Below, piece after piece: positions 17,848-28,182 of a stretch of DNA of 64,000 nucleotides (position 1 is its first letter; the number at the start of each line of letters is the position of its first letter). This DNA is from Rhodothermales bacterium (GTDB taxonomy: Bacteria; Bacteroidota; Rhodothermia; Rhodothermales; UBA10348): assembly GCA_017643395.1 (NCBI GenBank), contig JAEPNP010000001.1:1739806-1803805 (forward strand), written 5' to 3'. A model generated the notes under the pieces. That model was not told the DNA's origin. It made no database searches and saw only the letters and a list, made by a program, of their open reading frames with translations. The translations under genes and the position numbers were made by a program.

Positions 17848-18360
17848 CTAGAGCAGTCTATCAAGGCCCCTCAGCGGGCCCTCAAAGTGCTCACGGCCCT
17901 CGCCGGTCTCGGCGATCAGGCTGAAACCATCAAACCGAAATCCGGGCGCAACGGTACAGCCGACAAGACCCAAGGCACCGACTGGCTCGGCTGCCTGCCA
18001 GACACCCGCGGGCACGACATGGCTGGGGGCACTCTCCTCGGCGGAGGCTGGTCCCAGCACAACGGACTGCAGGGTGCGGGACTCCGGGTCGAACGTGTAC
18101 AGCCGGATTCCGGCGCCGCCGCTGAAGTGCCAGGCCTCGTCGGCGTCCACCACATGCCATCGGCTGATCTCGCCGGCAGCGAGCAGATACAGAATGGACG
18201 TCATTACGGGCCGTTCGCCCGCATCGCTCGTGCCCGACTCGTAGACCCTGCGATACCACCCTCCTTCGGGGTGCGGCGACAGGCCAAGCCGGGAAATCAG
18301 GTTCGAAGCTTCGCTCACCGGAGTAGGCAACTCATGGAAGAATGCCGGAAGTTGCGGCAT
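17848..18360 (-). CDS. cupin-fold DUF985 family protein
   Basis: Start at ATG 18360 (MPQLPAFFHE...). LGLSPHPEGGWYRRVYES...SILYLL..GEISRWHVVDADEAWHF..G...GCTVAPGFRFDGF matches DUF985 cupins. Confidence 0.8.
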   Translation of the reverse strand: MPQLPAFFHELPTPVSEASNLISRLGLSPHPEGGWYRRVYESGTSDAGERPVMTSILYLLAAGEISRWHVVDADEAWHFSGGAGIRLYTFDPESRTLQSVVLGPASAEESAPSHVVPAGVWQAAEPVGALGLVGCTVAPGFRFDGFSLIAETGEGREHFEGPLRGLDRLL

Positions 18361-18376
18361 CAACCGATTGGATACC

Positions 18377-20923
18377 ATGAGTCGTTTCGTGTGCGTGCTG
18401 GTCACGCTGGCAGTGACGCTGCCGCTGCAGGCCCAGAATTTTCCATTTTCGCTTTCGGTGCCCTTCCCGGAGATCGAGCGGTTCGATCCCGCGATACCGA
18501 CGCCGACAGAGGTGCTGGGGCATGAAATAGGCACCAAGCACACCTTTCCGCATGAGGTCGTGCGGTATTTCGAGGCGGTGGCGGCGGCCAGCGATCGGGT
18601 CACCGTGGACGAGCATGCGCGCTCCTATGAGGGTCGACCCCTGATCCACGCCATTGTCACCTCCCCGGGCAACCACACCCGGCTCTCGGAGCTGCAGGCG
18701 GCAAACGCTCAGCTCTCCGAGGACCCCGGATCGGCCGATCTGACCGATATGCCGGTGGTGGCCTACCAGGGGTACAGCATCCACGGCAATGAAGCCTCCG
18801 GCACCGAAGCCGCGGTGTTGTACCTGTACTACCTGGCGGCAGGCCAGGGAGACTGGATCGACCAGGCCCTCGATCAGACGATTCTCATCGTGGATCCGCT
18901 GTTCAACCCCGACGGACGGGATCGCTTCACCGATTGGGTCAACGGCAATCGCGGTACCGTGGCGACGGTGGACCCGGAAGACCGGGAGCACAACGAACCA
19001 TGGCCCTACGGCCGTACGAATCACTACTGGTTCGATCTCAATCGCGACTGGCTGCCGGCGCAGCACCCGGAAAGCCAGGGCCGCATGAATGTCTTTCATG
19101 CTTGGCGTCCGCAGGTGCTCACAGACCACCACGAAATGGGTGGCGATGCGACCTTCTTCTTCATGCCGGGCGTGCCGAGCCGCAACAATCCGAACACCCC
19201 GGAGCGCACGTTTGAATTGACCGCCGCCCTGGCGGACCACCATGCCGCGGCGCTGGATGCAATCGGTACGGCCTACTACACGGCCGAGGGCTTTGACGAT
19301 TTCTACTACGGCAAAGGCTCCACCTTCCCCGATATCAATGGAGCTGTCGGCATCCTGTTCGAGCAGGCCTCATCGCGCGCTCTCAAGGCGTCGACTTCCC
19401 TGGGCGACATGACCTACGCGTTCACCGTGCGCAATCAGTTCGCGACGTCCATTTCGACGTTGAAGGGTCTCGTCGAGCACCGTGTCGAGCTTCTGGAGAA
19501 CCACCGCGACTTCTACGCAGCTGTCCCGGAGTTCACCCGGCGGAGCCCCGTAAAGGGCTACGTGGTCAGTCTGGATCGTGGCGGAGTGCGCGCAGACATG
19601 ATGCTCGAGCTCATGGCACGACACGACATCGATGCGTTTGAGCTCGCGGACGATGTGGTGGTCGACGGCCGGCGATTTGAGGCCGGTGCGGCCTATGTGC
19701 TGCCGATCGCCCAGCGCCAGGGGCGCCTCCTGGAAGCAGCATTCGAAACGATGCGCACGTTTGGAGACTCGCTGTTCTACGATGTCTCGACCTGGACCCT
19801 GCCGCTGGCCTACGACCTGGAGTACGCGGAACTGACCGCCGATCCGGCAGGGCTTCTGGGAGACCCGGTTCAGGCAGGTAGCGTTTCCGGAAGCATTACC
19901 GGAACGAGCGCGCGGCATGCCTACCTCATCCCATGGGACCAGCAGTGGGCTGCCCGGGCGGCGCTTCGGATTCTGGAGGCGGGCGTGACACCCACGGTCG
20001 CAACGCGGCCTTTTTCCGCAATGGTCGGGGGTGAGGTGCTGGACTTCGAACGTGGCACACTGATCGTTCCGGTCGTCCCGCGGGCGTTCGCTTCCGCGGA
20101 TGAGGCTGGCCCGGACGTGCATGCGCTGGTTGCCGAAGCCGTAGCCAACGAGCGCGTTCAGGTGTATGCAGCCGACACGGGGCTGACCCCGGCAGGGCCT
20201 GACCTCGGAGGCCGCAGCACGCAGCCGCTGGAGTTGCCCCGCGTTGCCCTGGTGACCGGAGAAGGCACGTCCATGTACCAGGCCGGTGAGGTGTGGCACC
20301 TGCTTTCCGAGCACTACCAAATGCCGGTTTCGCTGCGCGACGCGGATGGAATCGGCGACGATCTGGACCACTACACCACCCTGATCCTGGCCGGTGGGTG
20401 GTACGGGGATCTGAATGCCGATGCGGTCCGCGCCTGGGTGCGGGGAGGCGGGCGCCTGATCCTGCAGGACTCGGCTGTCAACTGGGCGCGTCAGAATGAA
20501 CTCCTGACGCTGGAAGCGAAAGAATTCGACCTGCCGCTGGACGGAGTTGCCTACGAAGATCTCGGCGACACGCGGGGTGCCCAGGCCATCGGAGGAGCCA
20601 TCTTTGAGCTCGAACTGGATACCACGCACCCGCTGGCCTTTGGGCTGCCGGAGCGGCTGCCTGTATTCCGACAGGGCAACACGTTCTATGAGGCTCCGGA
20701 GCTCTCGAGTGCAGGCGTTGGTCGGTATTCAGACCGGGGTATCCTCAGTGGCTACATCTCCGATGAGAAGCTGGCCGACCTCCCGGGTTCGGCCGGCGTG
20801 GTGGTTCAGCAGCAGGGGCGCGGGCACGTGACGGCCTTCATGGACCGAGTCTATTTCCGCGCGTTCTGGCACGGATCCAGCCGGCTGTTGACCAACGCGA
20901 TCTTCCTGGGGCCAGCGTACTAG
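18377..20923 (+). CDS. M14-family zinc carboxypeptidase-like protein, secreted
   Basis: ATG 18377 gives the signal MSRFVCVLVTLAVTLPLQAQ. Zinc motif YSIHGNEASGTEA (HxxE). Long C-terminal extension. Confidence 0.85.
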   Translation: MSRFVCVLVTLAVTLPLQAQNFPFSLSVPFPEIERFDPAIPTPTEVLGHEIGTKHTFPHEVVRYFEAVAAASDRVTVDEHARSYEGRPLIHAIVTSPGNHTRLSELQAANAQLSEDPGSADLTDMPVVAYQGYSIHGNEASGTEAAVLYLYYLAAGQGDWIDQALDQTILIVDPLFNPDGRDRFTDWVNGNRGTVATVDPEDREHNEPWPYGRTNHYWFDLNRDWLPAQHPESQGRMNVFHAWRPQVLTDHHEMGGDATFFFMPGVPSRNNPNTPERTFELTAALADHHAAALDAIGTAYYTAEGFDDFYYGKGSTFPDINGAVGILFEQASSRALKASTSLGDMTYAFTVRNQFATSISTLKGLVEHRVELLENHRDFYAAVPEFTRRSPVKGYVVSLDRGGVRADMMLELMARHDIDAFELADDVVVDGRRFEAGAAYVLPIAQRQGRLLEAAFETMRTFGDSLFYDVSTWTLPLAYDLEYAELTADPAGLLGDPVQAGSVSGSITGTSARHAYLIPWDQQWAARAALRILEAGVTPTVATRPFSAMVGGEVLDFERGTLIVPVVPRAFASADEAGPDVHALVAEAVANERVQVYAADTGLTPAGPDLGGRSTQPLELPRVALVTGEGTSMYQAGEVWHLLSEHYQMPVSLRDADGIGDDLDHYTTLILAGGWYGDLNADAVRAWVRGGGRLILQDSAVNWARQNELLTLEAKEFDLPLDGVAYEDLGDTRGAQAIGGAIFELELDTTHPLAFGLPERLPVFRQGNTFYEAPELSSAGVGRYSDRGILSGYISDEKLADLPGSAGVVVQQQGRGHVTAFMDRVYFRAFWHGSSRLLTNAIFLGPAY

Positions 20924-21024
20924 GACCTGGTCAAGCGCTCCCTCTGGCGTTACAGGAGCGATGGTGCGCGCCTCTAGTGGAGAAACACCCCACTGGAAGC
21001 CTGCGTCAGACCCTTGCTCCTACA

Positions 21025-21636
21025 ATGTTTACAACAATGTCGCTCTCTCGGCCTTCGGCTGGTTCACGGCGATTCTCAATCCCGGAATACCTCGCAATGG
21101 GGGAAGCAGGGATTATTTGCGACGACGAACGTGTCGAACTCATCAGAGGCCAGGTGGTCACGGTGAGTCCGACCGGCAACTGGCACGCCGCATCCGTTCA
21201 GCGACTGTCACGCCTCCTGCATGACCAATTGGAGTCGCCAATCCAGGTCGCCATTCAGAACGCGATCAACATGGCCGGCGATACTCAGGTTGAGCCGGAT
21301 GTGGCTGTGCTTCGGCCCGGTTTCGATGTCTGGGAATCAGGGCTGCGGGGGGAGGACTGTCTGCTGATTATTGAGGTCGCGCAATCGTCGTTGGAGTCCG
21401 ACAGGTCTACCAAGCTCAGACTCTACGCAGAGGAAGCGATTCCCGAGTACTGGGTGGTCGATCTGGAAGGCCGAAGGGTCGAACGATATCGCAAGCCGAG
21501 CGAGGCTCGATTCATGAAGACAGAAGTCTGGGCCTCTGGCGACGTGTGCCGGTGCGAAGCGCTCGAGAGCGTGATGATTCCGGTGGCCGAAATTGTGCCG
21601 CCGGCCGACCAGCCTACTTCAGGCTCTCGTGCCTGA
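21025..21636 (+). CDS. Uma2-family (DUF820) endonuclease
   Basis: FSIPEYLAMGEAGI...RVELIRGQVVTVSPTG..H...VEPDVAV...LLIIEVAQSS...D...K..LYAEEAIPEYWVVDL is the restriction-endonuclease-like Uma2 pattern. Start ATG 21025 or 21037. Confidence 0.85.
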   Translation: MFTTMSLSRPSAGSRRFSIPEYLAMGEAGIICDDERVELIRGQVVTVSPTGNWHAASVQRLSRLLHDQLESPIQVAIQNAINMAGDTQVEPDVAVLRPGFDVWESGLRGEDCLLIIEVAQSSLESDRSTKLRLYAEEAIPEYWVVDLEGRRVERYRKPSEARFMKTEVWASGDVCRCEALESVMIPVAEIVPPADQPTSGSRA

Positions 21637-22429
21637 CCCAGTCGACCTCCATCACCCACGGACCCTCCATGGGTCCCGCTTCGATCTTGGCAAAGTTCAG
21701 GATGGCGAACAGGGGCTCGGGGTAGGTTGAGGCCAGACTGTCGTTGCGCGCCACCTCCTGCCCGTTGAGCAGGTATATGAGGTCCGTTTCACCGAACTCG
21801 ACGCCGTACTCCTGGAACTCGTCAATGTCCGCTTCCAGGTCTCGCTGATACGTCCACCAATCACCGTTGCAGGGCTCTGTCTCCTTGATGGCCCGGGCCA
21901 CGTACTTGTCCTCCGGATTGGCGCCATGGTGCTCGAAGATGTCGATTTCGCCGGATCCGACCGAGGGCCAGCAGATGTCCTCATCGGCCTCCTGTACGGG
22001 AGGCTCATTGTTGCGCGCACCCAGCAGCCACCAGGCCGGAAACATGCCCGGCTGCCCGGTCCCCGGCACGCGAAGCCGCGCCGTCCATCGCCCCTTGACG
22101 AACTCCTTCCGGTTCTTTGAGGCGATGCGACCTGCGACGAACTGTGTCGGCGGATGCTGCTCCCCGAATTTGCTCATGTTGTCGCATTCGACGGGTTCTC
22201 CGAGGTCCACAACCCGCAGTTTCAGCGTGCCGTCCGACACCTCGCGTGTCCCGTGCTCGCCATCCCGCAGGTAGCACTGGTCCTCGTTGTTCACCCACAG
22301 GATCTGGTCTTGCCAGTTGGCCTCGTCGAACGTCTCGAAGTCGTCGAAGAAGTCAACCTGCCAGGTCGGCTCAGATGAACACGAAATGAGGAAGATCGGG
22401 AGGCAGACAAGCAGCGTGGCGCGACGCAT
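21614..22429 (-). CDS. glycoside hydrolase family 16 (laminarinase-type beta-glucanase), lipoprotein
   Basis: MRRATLLVCLPIFLISC lipobox. GH16 catalytic motif GEIDIFEHHG (ExDxxE). Its 3' end overlaps the Uma2 gene's 3' end by 23 bp (convergent). Confidence 0.9.
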   Translation of the reverse strand: MRRATLLVCLPIFLISCSSEPTWQVDFFDDFETFDEANWQDQILWVNNEDQCYLRDGEHGTREVSDGTLKLRVVDLGEPVECDNMSKFGEQHPPTQFVAGRIASKNRKEFVKGRWTARLRVPGTGQPGMFPAWWLLGARNNEPPVQEADEDICWPSVGSGEIDIFEHHGANPEDKYVARAIKETEPCNGDWWTYQRDLEADIDEFQEYGVEFGETDLIYLLNGQEVARNDSLASTYPEPLFAILNFAKIEAGPMEGPWVMEVDWVRHESLK

Positions 22430-22525
22430 GGTGTGACGTTATATTGGTCTGAAAACCTTTTCAAGAAGGTACGCAAGGGGTTCGATTCTTTCACCCCGAC
22501 GCCCACGCCCACCAGCCTTCGCCCT

Positions 22526-25222
22526 ATGAGTGCACCCGTTGAAGCGCCAACGATGGCGTCCTGGGAGATTCTTGACGATCGCGGCACCTTCCGCCTGCCG
22601 GACGCCGACCGCACGCGCTACCTGTATTTCCCGCTAGTGGGAGAGGGTGGGCCGTTTGCGGCCGTGTCTCCGGGAATGGCCGGTGATCACGCGCTGAGCC
22701 ACGAGCACTTCCTTTCGGTGCCATCGTCGGTGGAGGACCTGCATGAAGCCCGCTGGCGCCGCGCCGTATGGCTGCGCATTCATGGCCACGAAGCCTGGGC
22801 GGCCGATGGGGGCTCCGCTGCGCAACGCGCCGCACGCTTTGACCGGGACGAGTCCGCCACGGTCACCGCAGGACCGCTCTGGCACTCGGTCACCCGCATC
22901 CACGCAGCGAGCGGGCTGAAGGTGGAGTTGACCAGCCTCGTGCCTCCGGAGGGCGATGCGGAAGTGCTGCACATCTCCGTGCAAAACGCCGGTGACCAGG
23001 AGGCGTCGTTCGATCTGGTGCCCGCCATGCCTATCTACGGCCGATCGGCCGATTCCGTACGAGACCACCGCCACGTCACGGCCCTGCTGAATCACGCAGA
23101 GACCGTCAAACACGGCGTGGTCGTTCGGCCACGGATGATCTTCGACGAGCGGGGTCACAAGCGCGGTGATGTAGCCTATTTCGTGTACGGAGCGGGTGAG
23201 GAAGGTGCCGCTCCTGCTGCAATCCGATCCTGCCTACCTGCCTTCACGGGCGAGGCGGGAGACCTCGATTGGCCCGCCGCCGTAGTGGCGCCCGAGCACG
23301 CGGGCCGAGTCGGTGACGTCGACGGCGAGGAGGCTATTGCAGCTCTGGAGTTTGCCACCTGCTCCCTCAGGCCAGGAGAAACGCGCCGCTGGTCACTGGT
23401 CATGGGGATTCGTCCCGAAGCACCTGCTGCCGAGCAGATCCTCGGGAAGTACGGACCGGATTCGGATGTACTGGAGCGCACGCGGCAATTCTGGGATGAG
23501 CAGTTGGATGCGCTGTCTTTCCGATTCGGGGACCGCCAGCGCGACGGCTGGCTTCGCTGGGTCGGCATCCAGCCCATTCTCCGCCGTCACTTCGGCAATT
23601 CGTTTCTGCCCTATCACGATTACGGTCGGGGCGGACGCGGCTGGCGAGACCTGTGGCAGGATTCTCTGGCTCTCCTGCTCATGGGAGAAGACGACGTCGA
23701 GGAGCAACTCTACAATCACTTTGCGGGCGTGCGCATGGACGGCACGAACGCGACCATCATCGGGTCTCGTCCGGGCGAATTCCTGGCCGACCGGAATGCG
23801 ATCGCACGAGTCTGGATGGATCATGGCGCATGGCCGCTGCTGACCGTGCGACTTTTGCTGGACCGGTCCGGAGATCCGGACTTCCTGCTGCGCAAGCAGG
23901 TGTATTTCCGGGATCGCTTTATTCGCCGGGCCCGCGCCCTGGACGACCAGTGGTCTGAAGGCTCCGGCACAGTGCAGAAAAGCCGAACGGGAGAAATTTG
24001 GCGGGGCACCATCCTGGAGCACCTGGTTCTCCAGCATCTCACCGCGTACTACAATGCGGGAGAGAACGGGTGCCTGCGCCTGGAAGACGCCGACTGGAAT
24101 GACGGCATGGATCTGGGCCGGGAGCGCGGAGAGAGCGTGGCATTCACCGCCCTGTATGCCGGAAATCTCGCTGATCTGGCGGATCTCGTGGACTGGCTGG
24201 CGGCCAACGGGCAGACGTCCCTGGAGCTGGCGAGTGACCTGCAGCTTCTGCTCGACGGCGCGGGGCAGACCGATCCCGCTCCTCGTCGCAAGGTGCTGGA
24301 CGACTATGTGGATGCCATACTGAGCGGCCCGAGCGAAAGCATGCGCGTGCCAGCCAGGGATCTCGCGGCCACACTGCGCCGCCTGTCGGACTCCCTTGCA
24401 GAGCGCGTTCGCGAGCAGGAGTGGCTGCAGGACGGCTGGTTCAACGGCTACTACGACAACCACGGTCGCAGGGTGGAGGGGCACGTTGACGGAGAAGCCC
24501 GCATGACGCTGACGGGTCAGGTGTTTCCGCTGCTGGCAGGTATCGCCACCGATGAGCAGGCCTCCCGGGTCTACGCATCCGCTCGAAAGCATCTCTGGCG
24601 GCCGGAAATGGCCGGCTACCTGCTCAATACCGATTTCGACGAGGTTCGCATGGATCTCGGCCGGGCGTTCGGATTCGCCTACGGCCACAAGGAGAACGGC
24701 GCCATGTTCACGCACATGGCCGTCATGTTCGCGTTTGGTCTGGCCCGATATGGCATGGCCCGCGAATGCTGGGAACTGGTCAACCATCTGTATCGCCACA
24801 CCTGCGGGTTCGAGCGCAGTCGCATGTATCCGGGCCTCCCGGAGTACGTGGATCCGTCAGGGCGTGGGCGCTATCCGTTTCTCACCGGCTCGGCGGCCTG
24901 GTACCTGCACGTCATGCTCACCTGGGTGATGGGCGTGCGGGGCGACAAGGGAGACCTGACCGTTTCGCCGGGACTCCCGGCCGAAGCCTTTGAAGGGGGC
25001 TCTGTTTCCGTCTCTTTCGGGTTTGCAGGTCGCCGCCTAACCGTGGAGGTCAACAATCCCGCAGGTCTAGATGCCGATGCCTACGGTGTTGCGGAGGCCG
25101 CACTGGGCGCCGAACCGATCGCGGTTGAAGGCGGCACCTTGCGCATCGCCCGATCACACCTTCTTGCACTCGACGCAGGTGATGAACACCGCATCGTCGT
25201 TCACCTGGGCCCAAGCCGATAA
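22526..25222 (+). CDS. GH94-like glycoside phosphorylase (cellobiose/laminaribiose/beta-1,3-glucan phosphorylase superfamily)
   Basis: About 900 aa. The conserved ...RLEDADWNDGMDL... motif and an (alpha/alpha)6-type C-terminal half (..HKENGAMFTHM.., ..TGSAAWY..) resemble GH94/GH149/GH161 phosphorylases. Start set at ATG 22526; the track GTG 22433 lies 3 nt from the divergent GH16 start. Exact family not resolvable by eye. Confidence 0.7.
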   Translation: MSAPVEAPTMASWEILDDRGTFRLPDADRTRYLYFPLVGEGGPFAAVSPGMAGDHALSHEHFLSVPSSVEDLHEARWRRAVWLRIHGHEAWAADGGSAAQRAARFDRDESATVTAGPLWHSVTRIHAASGLKVELTSLVPPEGDAEVLHISVQNAGDQEASFDLVPAMPIYGRSADSVRDHRHVTALLNHAETVKHGVVVRPRMIFDERGHKRGDVAYFVYGAGEEGAAPAAIRSCLPAFTGEAGDLDWPAAVVAPEHAGRVGDVDGEEAIAALEFATCSLRPGETRRWSLVMGIRPEAPAAEQILGKYGPDSDVLERTRQFWDEQLDALSFRFGDRQRDGWLRWVGIQPILRRHFGNSFLPYHDYGRGGRGWRDLWQDSLALLLMGEDDVEEQLYNHFAGVRMDGTNATIIGSRPGEFLADRNAIARVWMDHGAWPLLTVRLLLDRSGDPDFLLRKQVYFRDRFIRRARALDDQWSEGSGTVQKSRTGEIWRGTILEHLVLQHLTAYYNAGENGCLRLEDADWNDGMDLGRERGESVAFTALYAGNLADLADLVDWLAANGQTSLELASDLQLLLDGAGQTDPAPRRKVLDDYVDAILSGPSESMRVPARDLAATLRRLSDSLAERVREQEWLQDGWFNGYYDNHGRRVEGHVDGEARMTLTGQVFPLLAGIATDEQASRVYASARKHLWRPEMAGYLLNTDFDEVRMDLGRAFGFAYGHKENGAMFTHMAVMFAFGLARYGMARECWELVNHLYRHTCGFERSRMYPGLPEYVDPSGRGRYPFLTGSAAWYLHVMLTWVMGVRGDKGDLTVSPGLPAEAFEGGSVSVSFGFAGRRLTVEVNNPAGLDADAYGVAEAALGAEPIAVEGGTLRIARSHLLALDAGDEHRIVVHLGPSR

Positions 25223-25258
25223 CGTGGTGCGTCCGGCCAACATCTCACACCTGATACC

Positions 25259-26818
25259 ATGACCAAGTACCGCTATGTCATGCGCGTCGCGCTTACAGTC
25301 GCGATGGGCGGTTTTCTGATGGGCTTTGACGCCTCCGTGATTTCGGGGGTCGTGGGGTTCATTGAGACGGAGTTCAGCCTCAGCAAAATCGAGTTGGGCT
25401 GGGCCGTGAGCTCACTTACCCTGACGGCAACACTGGCCATGATGACCGCCGGGCCGCTCAGCGACCGATTCGGTCGGCGAAAGGTCCTCTTCTGGGCTGC
25501 CATTCTTTTCGCGGTTTCCGCCATTGCGTCGGCCTTTGCGCCAAACTTCTGGACCCTGGTCGTCGCGCGCATGATCGGTGGATTTGGCGTGGGCGCATCG
25601 CTCATCATTGCCCCGATGTACATCGCGGAGATTGCACCGCCGGCTGTGCGAGGCCAGATGGTGTCCTTCAACCAGCTGAATATCGTCGTCGGTATCTCCG
25701 CCGCGTTCTTCAGCAACTACCTGATCCTGCAACTGGGGCAGAGCGATGCGGGATGGGTGCAGTCCCTGGCATTTGAGGCCAACAACTGGCGCTGGATGCT
25801 GGGCGTGGAGACGTTGCCGGCTCTACTCTACTTCGTCGGGCTGTTCTTCGTGCCTGAGAGCCCGCGCTGGCTGATGCTGAAGGGTCGTGAATTGGAGGCT
25901 CGCGGCGTGCTTGAGGACGCCGTCGGCAAGGAGGAAGCCCACCGGGAGGTCGCCGACATACAGGCCAGCCTGGCCAAGGATGCCGACAAGGAAAAGGCTT
26001 CGGTGCGCGAGCTGTTCGCCCCGGCCATGCGGCTGGTGATCACCATCGGCGTCGTGATCGGTGTCATCCAGCAGATCACGGGCATCAACTCGGTGTTCTT
26101 CTACGCGCCGATGATCTTCGAGCAATCCGGTATCGGGACCGATGCGTCCTTTGCCCAGGCGATTCTGGTGGGTCTGATCAACCTGGTGTTCACGGTGATC
26201 GCCATCATGTACATCGACAAGCTGGGCCGAAAGGCCCTGCTGGTGGCGGGCCTGTCCGGGATCACGGTCTCCATGTTCGTGCTCACGTTCGGGTTCGGCT
26301 CCGCCACGTACACCCTGACCGCAGACAGTATCGCCACGTTGCCGACCGAACTGAACGTGGCTGCCGTCGCCCCCATGCAGGACGTGACCTACGACAATGA
26401 CGTGGCCTTCAAACAGGCCCTGCAGGACGCACTTGGTGAAGCGGAGGCGACGCAGAACGAGTCCGCCTTCATCAAAGCCGCCATCTCGATGAATCCCTGG
26501 CTGGTGCTGATCGGGGTCCTGGGATTTGTGGCATCGTTTGCCGTTTCGCTCGGACCGGTGATGTGGGTGCTTTTCTCCGAACTCTTTCCCAATCGCATCC
26601 GGGGCATTGCCATCTCCTTTGTCGGTCTGATCAACTCGGCCGTCAGTTTCGGCGTGCAGCTGGTTTTCCCCTGGGAGCTCGCCACGCTCGGAAGTGCTAC
26701 CACCTTCTTCATCTATGGCCTGTTTGCCGTGGTGGGTCTGGTATTCGTGGTGGCCAAGCTGCCGGAAACCAAGGGCCGTTCCCTCGAAGAACTCGAAGCC
26801 ATCCTTGTCAAAGCCTGA
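25259..26818 (+). CDS. sugar-porter-family MFS transporter
   Basis: GFLMGFDASVISG, GRRKVLF, PESPRWL, PETKGRSLEELE sugar-porter signatures. It carries a roughly 60-aa hydrophilic insertion (TADSIATLPTELNV...NESAFIKAA). Confidence 0.9.
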   Translation: MTKYRYVMRVALTVAMGGFLMGFDASVISGVVGFIETEFSLSKIELGWAVSSLTLTATLAMMTAGPLSDRFGRRKVLFWAAILFAVSAIASAFAPNFWTLVVARMIGGFGVGASLIIAPMYIAEIAPPAVRGQMVSFNQLNIVVGISAAFFSNYLILQLGQSDAGWVQSLAFEANNWRWMLGVETLPALLYFVGLFFVPESPRWLMLKGRELEARGVLEDAVGKEEAHREVADIQASLAKDADKEKASVRELFAPAMRLVITIGVVIGVIQQITGINSVFFYAPMIFEQSGIGTDASFAQAILVGLINLVFTVIAIMYIDKLGRKALLVAGLSGITVSMFVLTFGFGSATYTLTADSIATLPTELNVAAVAPMQDVTYDNDVAFKQALQDALGEAEATQNESAFIKAAISMNPWLVLIGVLGFVASFAVSLGPVMWVLFSELFPNRIRGIAISFVGLINSAVSFGVQLVFPWELATLGSATTFFIYGLFAVVGLVFVVAKLPETKGRSLEELEAILVKA

Positions 26819-26832
26819 TCTCCCCTGATCCC

Positions 26833-28182
26833 ATGACTGCCATGTACCGCCTTCCTGTCTATGTCCTGGTCGGAGCGCTGCTTGTTGGCTGCGCTCCCTC
26901 AGATGAAGCCCCTCCCGCCGAGGGGCCAGCCACCGTTGAGGTCCGCCAGGAAAACGGAGCGTACCAGCTCTACGTCGACGGAGAGCCCTTCTTTGTAAAC
27001 GGCGCCGGCGTGGAGCGCCAACCCCCGGGGCAGGGAAGCATAGCTGAACTCGCAGCCCGGGGAGCCAACGCCATGCGGACATGGCGAACGGACGAGGCGG
27101 GTCGAACGGGAGGCGAAATCCTTGACGAAGCGCACGAGCACGGACTGATGGTGCTCATGGGTCTGGAGATCGCCAGAGAACGGCCAGGTCAGGGCGTAGG
27201 CGTTTTTGGGTTCGACTACGACGATGAGGAGGCCGTCGCTGCCCAGCTGGAAGCGGTCAGGGAGGAGGTCATGAAGTACAAGGACCATCCCGCCCTGCTG
27301 GCCTGGGGCATCGGAAACGAGCTGAACCTGGAGGCCACCAACCCGAGGGTCTGGAACGCCGTCAACGAAATCTCGGAGATGATCCACGAGATCGATCCCC
27401 ATCACCCGACAACCACGAGCCTCGCCGGGATCGGTCCCGAACTGGTTGTGCAGTTGAACGAGCGGGCTCCGGATCTGGACATCATCAGCATTCAGATGTA
27501 CGCGGACATCATCAACCTGCCGCGATATATCGAAGAGACCGGGCTCGACCGCCCGTATCTGGTCACCGAGTGGGGTGCTACCGGGCACTGGGAGATAGAC
27601 ACTACGCCCTGGGGCGCGTCGATTGAGAACACGTCGTCGGTCAAGGCAGACTTCTATCTTCAGCGCTACCAGGAGGCCATCGCCCCGGATACCACGCTCG
27701 GACTCGGCTCGTTTGTATTCCTGTGGGGACAGAAGCAGGAACGCACTCCAACCTGGTACGGCATGTTCATGCCGACCGGAGAGGCCACCGAGTCCGTGGA
27801 TGTCATGGAATACATCTGGACGGATGAGTGGCCGGAAAACCGGTCCCCGAGGCTTTCAACCGCTTCCATCAACGGGATGACGGCCTACGAGGGCATCTAT
27901 CTCGGAGCCGGAGAGCGGTTCACGGCCACCACGGATGCCGCCGACCCGGATGGAGACGACCTCATGTACCGCTGGGAGATCATGCGAGAGACCACGGAGA
28001 CCTCGACCGGTGGTGACCAGGAGTCTGTTCCGGAGACGCTGTCGGGCCTGGTGGACAACCCGGATTCGCCTTCCGTCTCGGGTACCGCTCCCAGCCAGTC
28101 AGGCGCGTACAGATTGTTCGTCTATGTCTACGACGGTGCCGGAAACGCCGCCCACGCCAACATCCCGTTTTTCGTGCGCTAG
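26833..28182 (+). CDS. clan GH-A (beta/alpha)8 glycoside hydrolase with C-terminal Ig-like domain, lipoprotein (possibly GH158-like endo-beta-1,3-glucanase)
   Basis: ATG 26833 gives [20 protein letters not shown]. Candidate acid/base is [12 protein letters not shown] and candidate nucleophile is [13 protein letters not shown]. The C-terminal beta-rich domain is ...[13 protein letters not shown]...[23 protein letters not shown]. The family guess rests on architecture and neighbours. Confidence 0.6.
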   Translation: MTAMYRLPVYVLVGALLVGCAPSDEAPPAEGPATVEVRQENGAYQLYVDGEPFFVNGAGVERQPPGQGSIAELAARGANAMRTWRTDEAGRTGGEILDEAHEHGLMVLMGLEIARERPGQGVGVFGFDYDDEEAVAAQLEAVREEVMKYKDHPALLAWGIGNELNLEATNPRVWNAVNEISEMIHEIDPHHPTTTSLAGIGPELVVQLNERAPDLDIISIQMYADIINLPRYIEETGLDRPYLVTEWGATGHWEIDTTPWGASIENTSSVKADFYLQRYQEAIAPDTTLGLGSFVFLWGQKQERTPTWYGMFMPTGEATESVDVMEYIWTDEWPENRSPRLSTASINGMTAYEGIYLGAGERFTATTDAADPDGDDLMYRWEIMRETTETSTGGDQESVPETLSGLVDNPDSPSVSGTAPSQSGAYRLFVYVYDGAGNAAHANIPFFVR

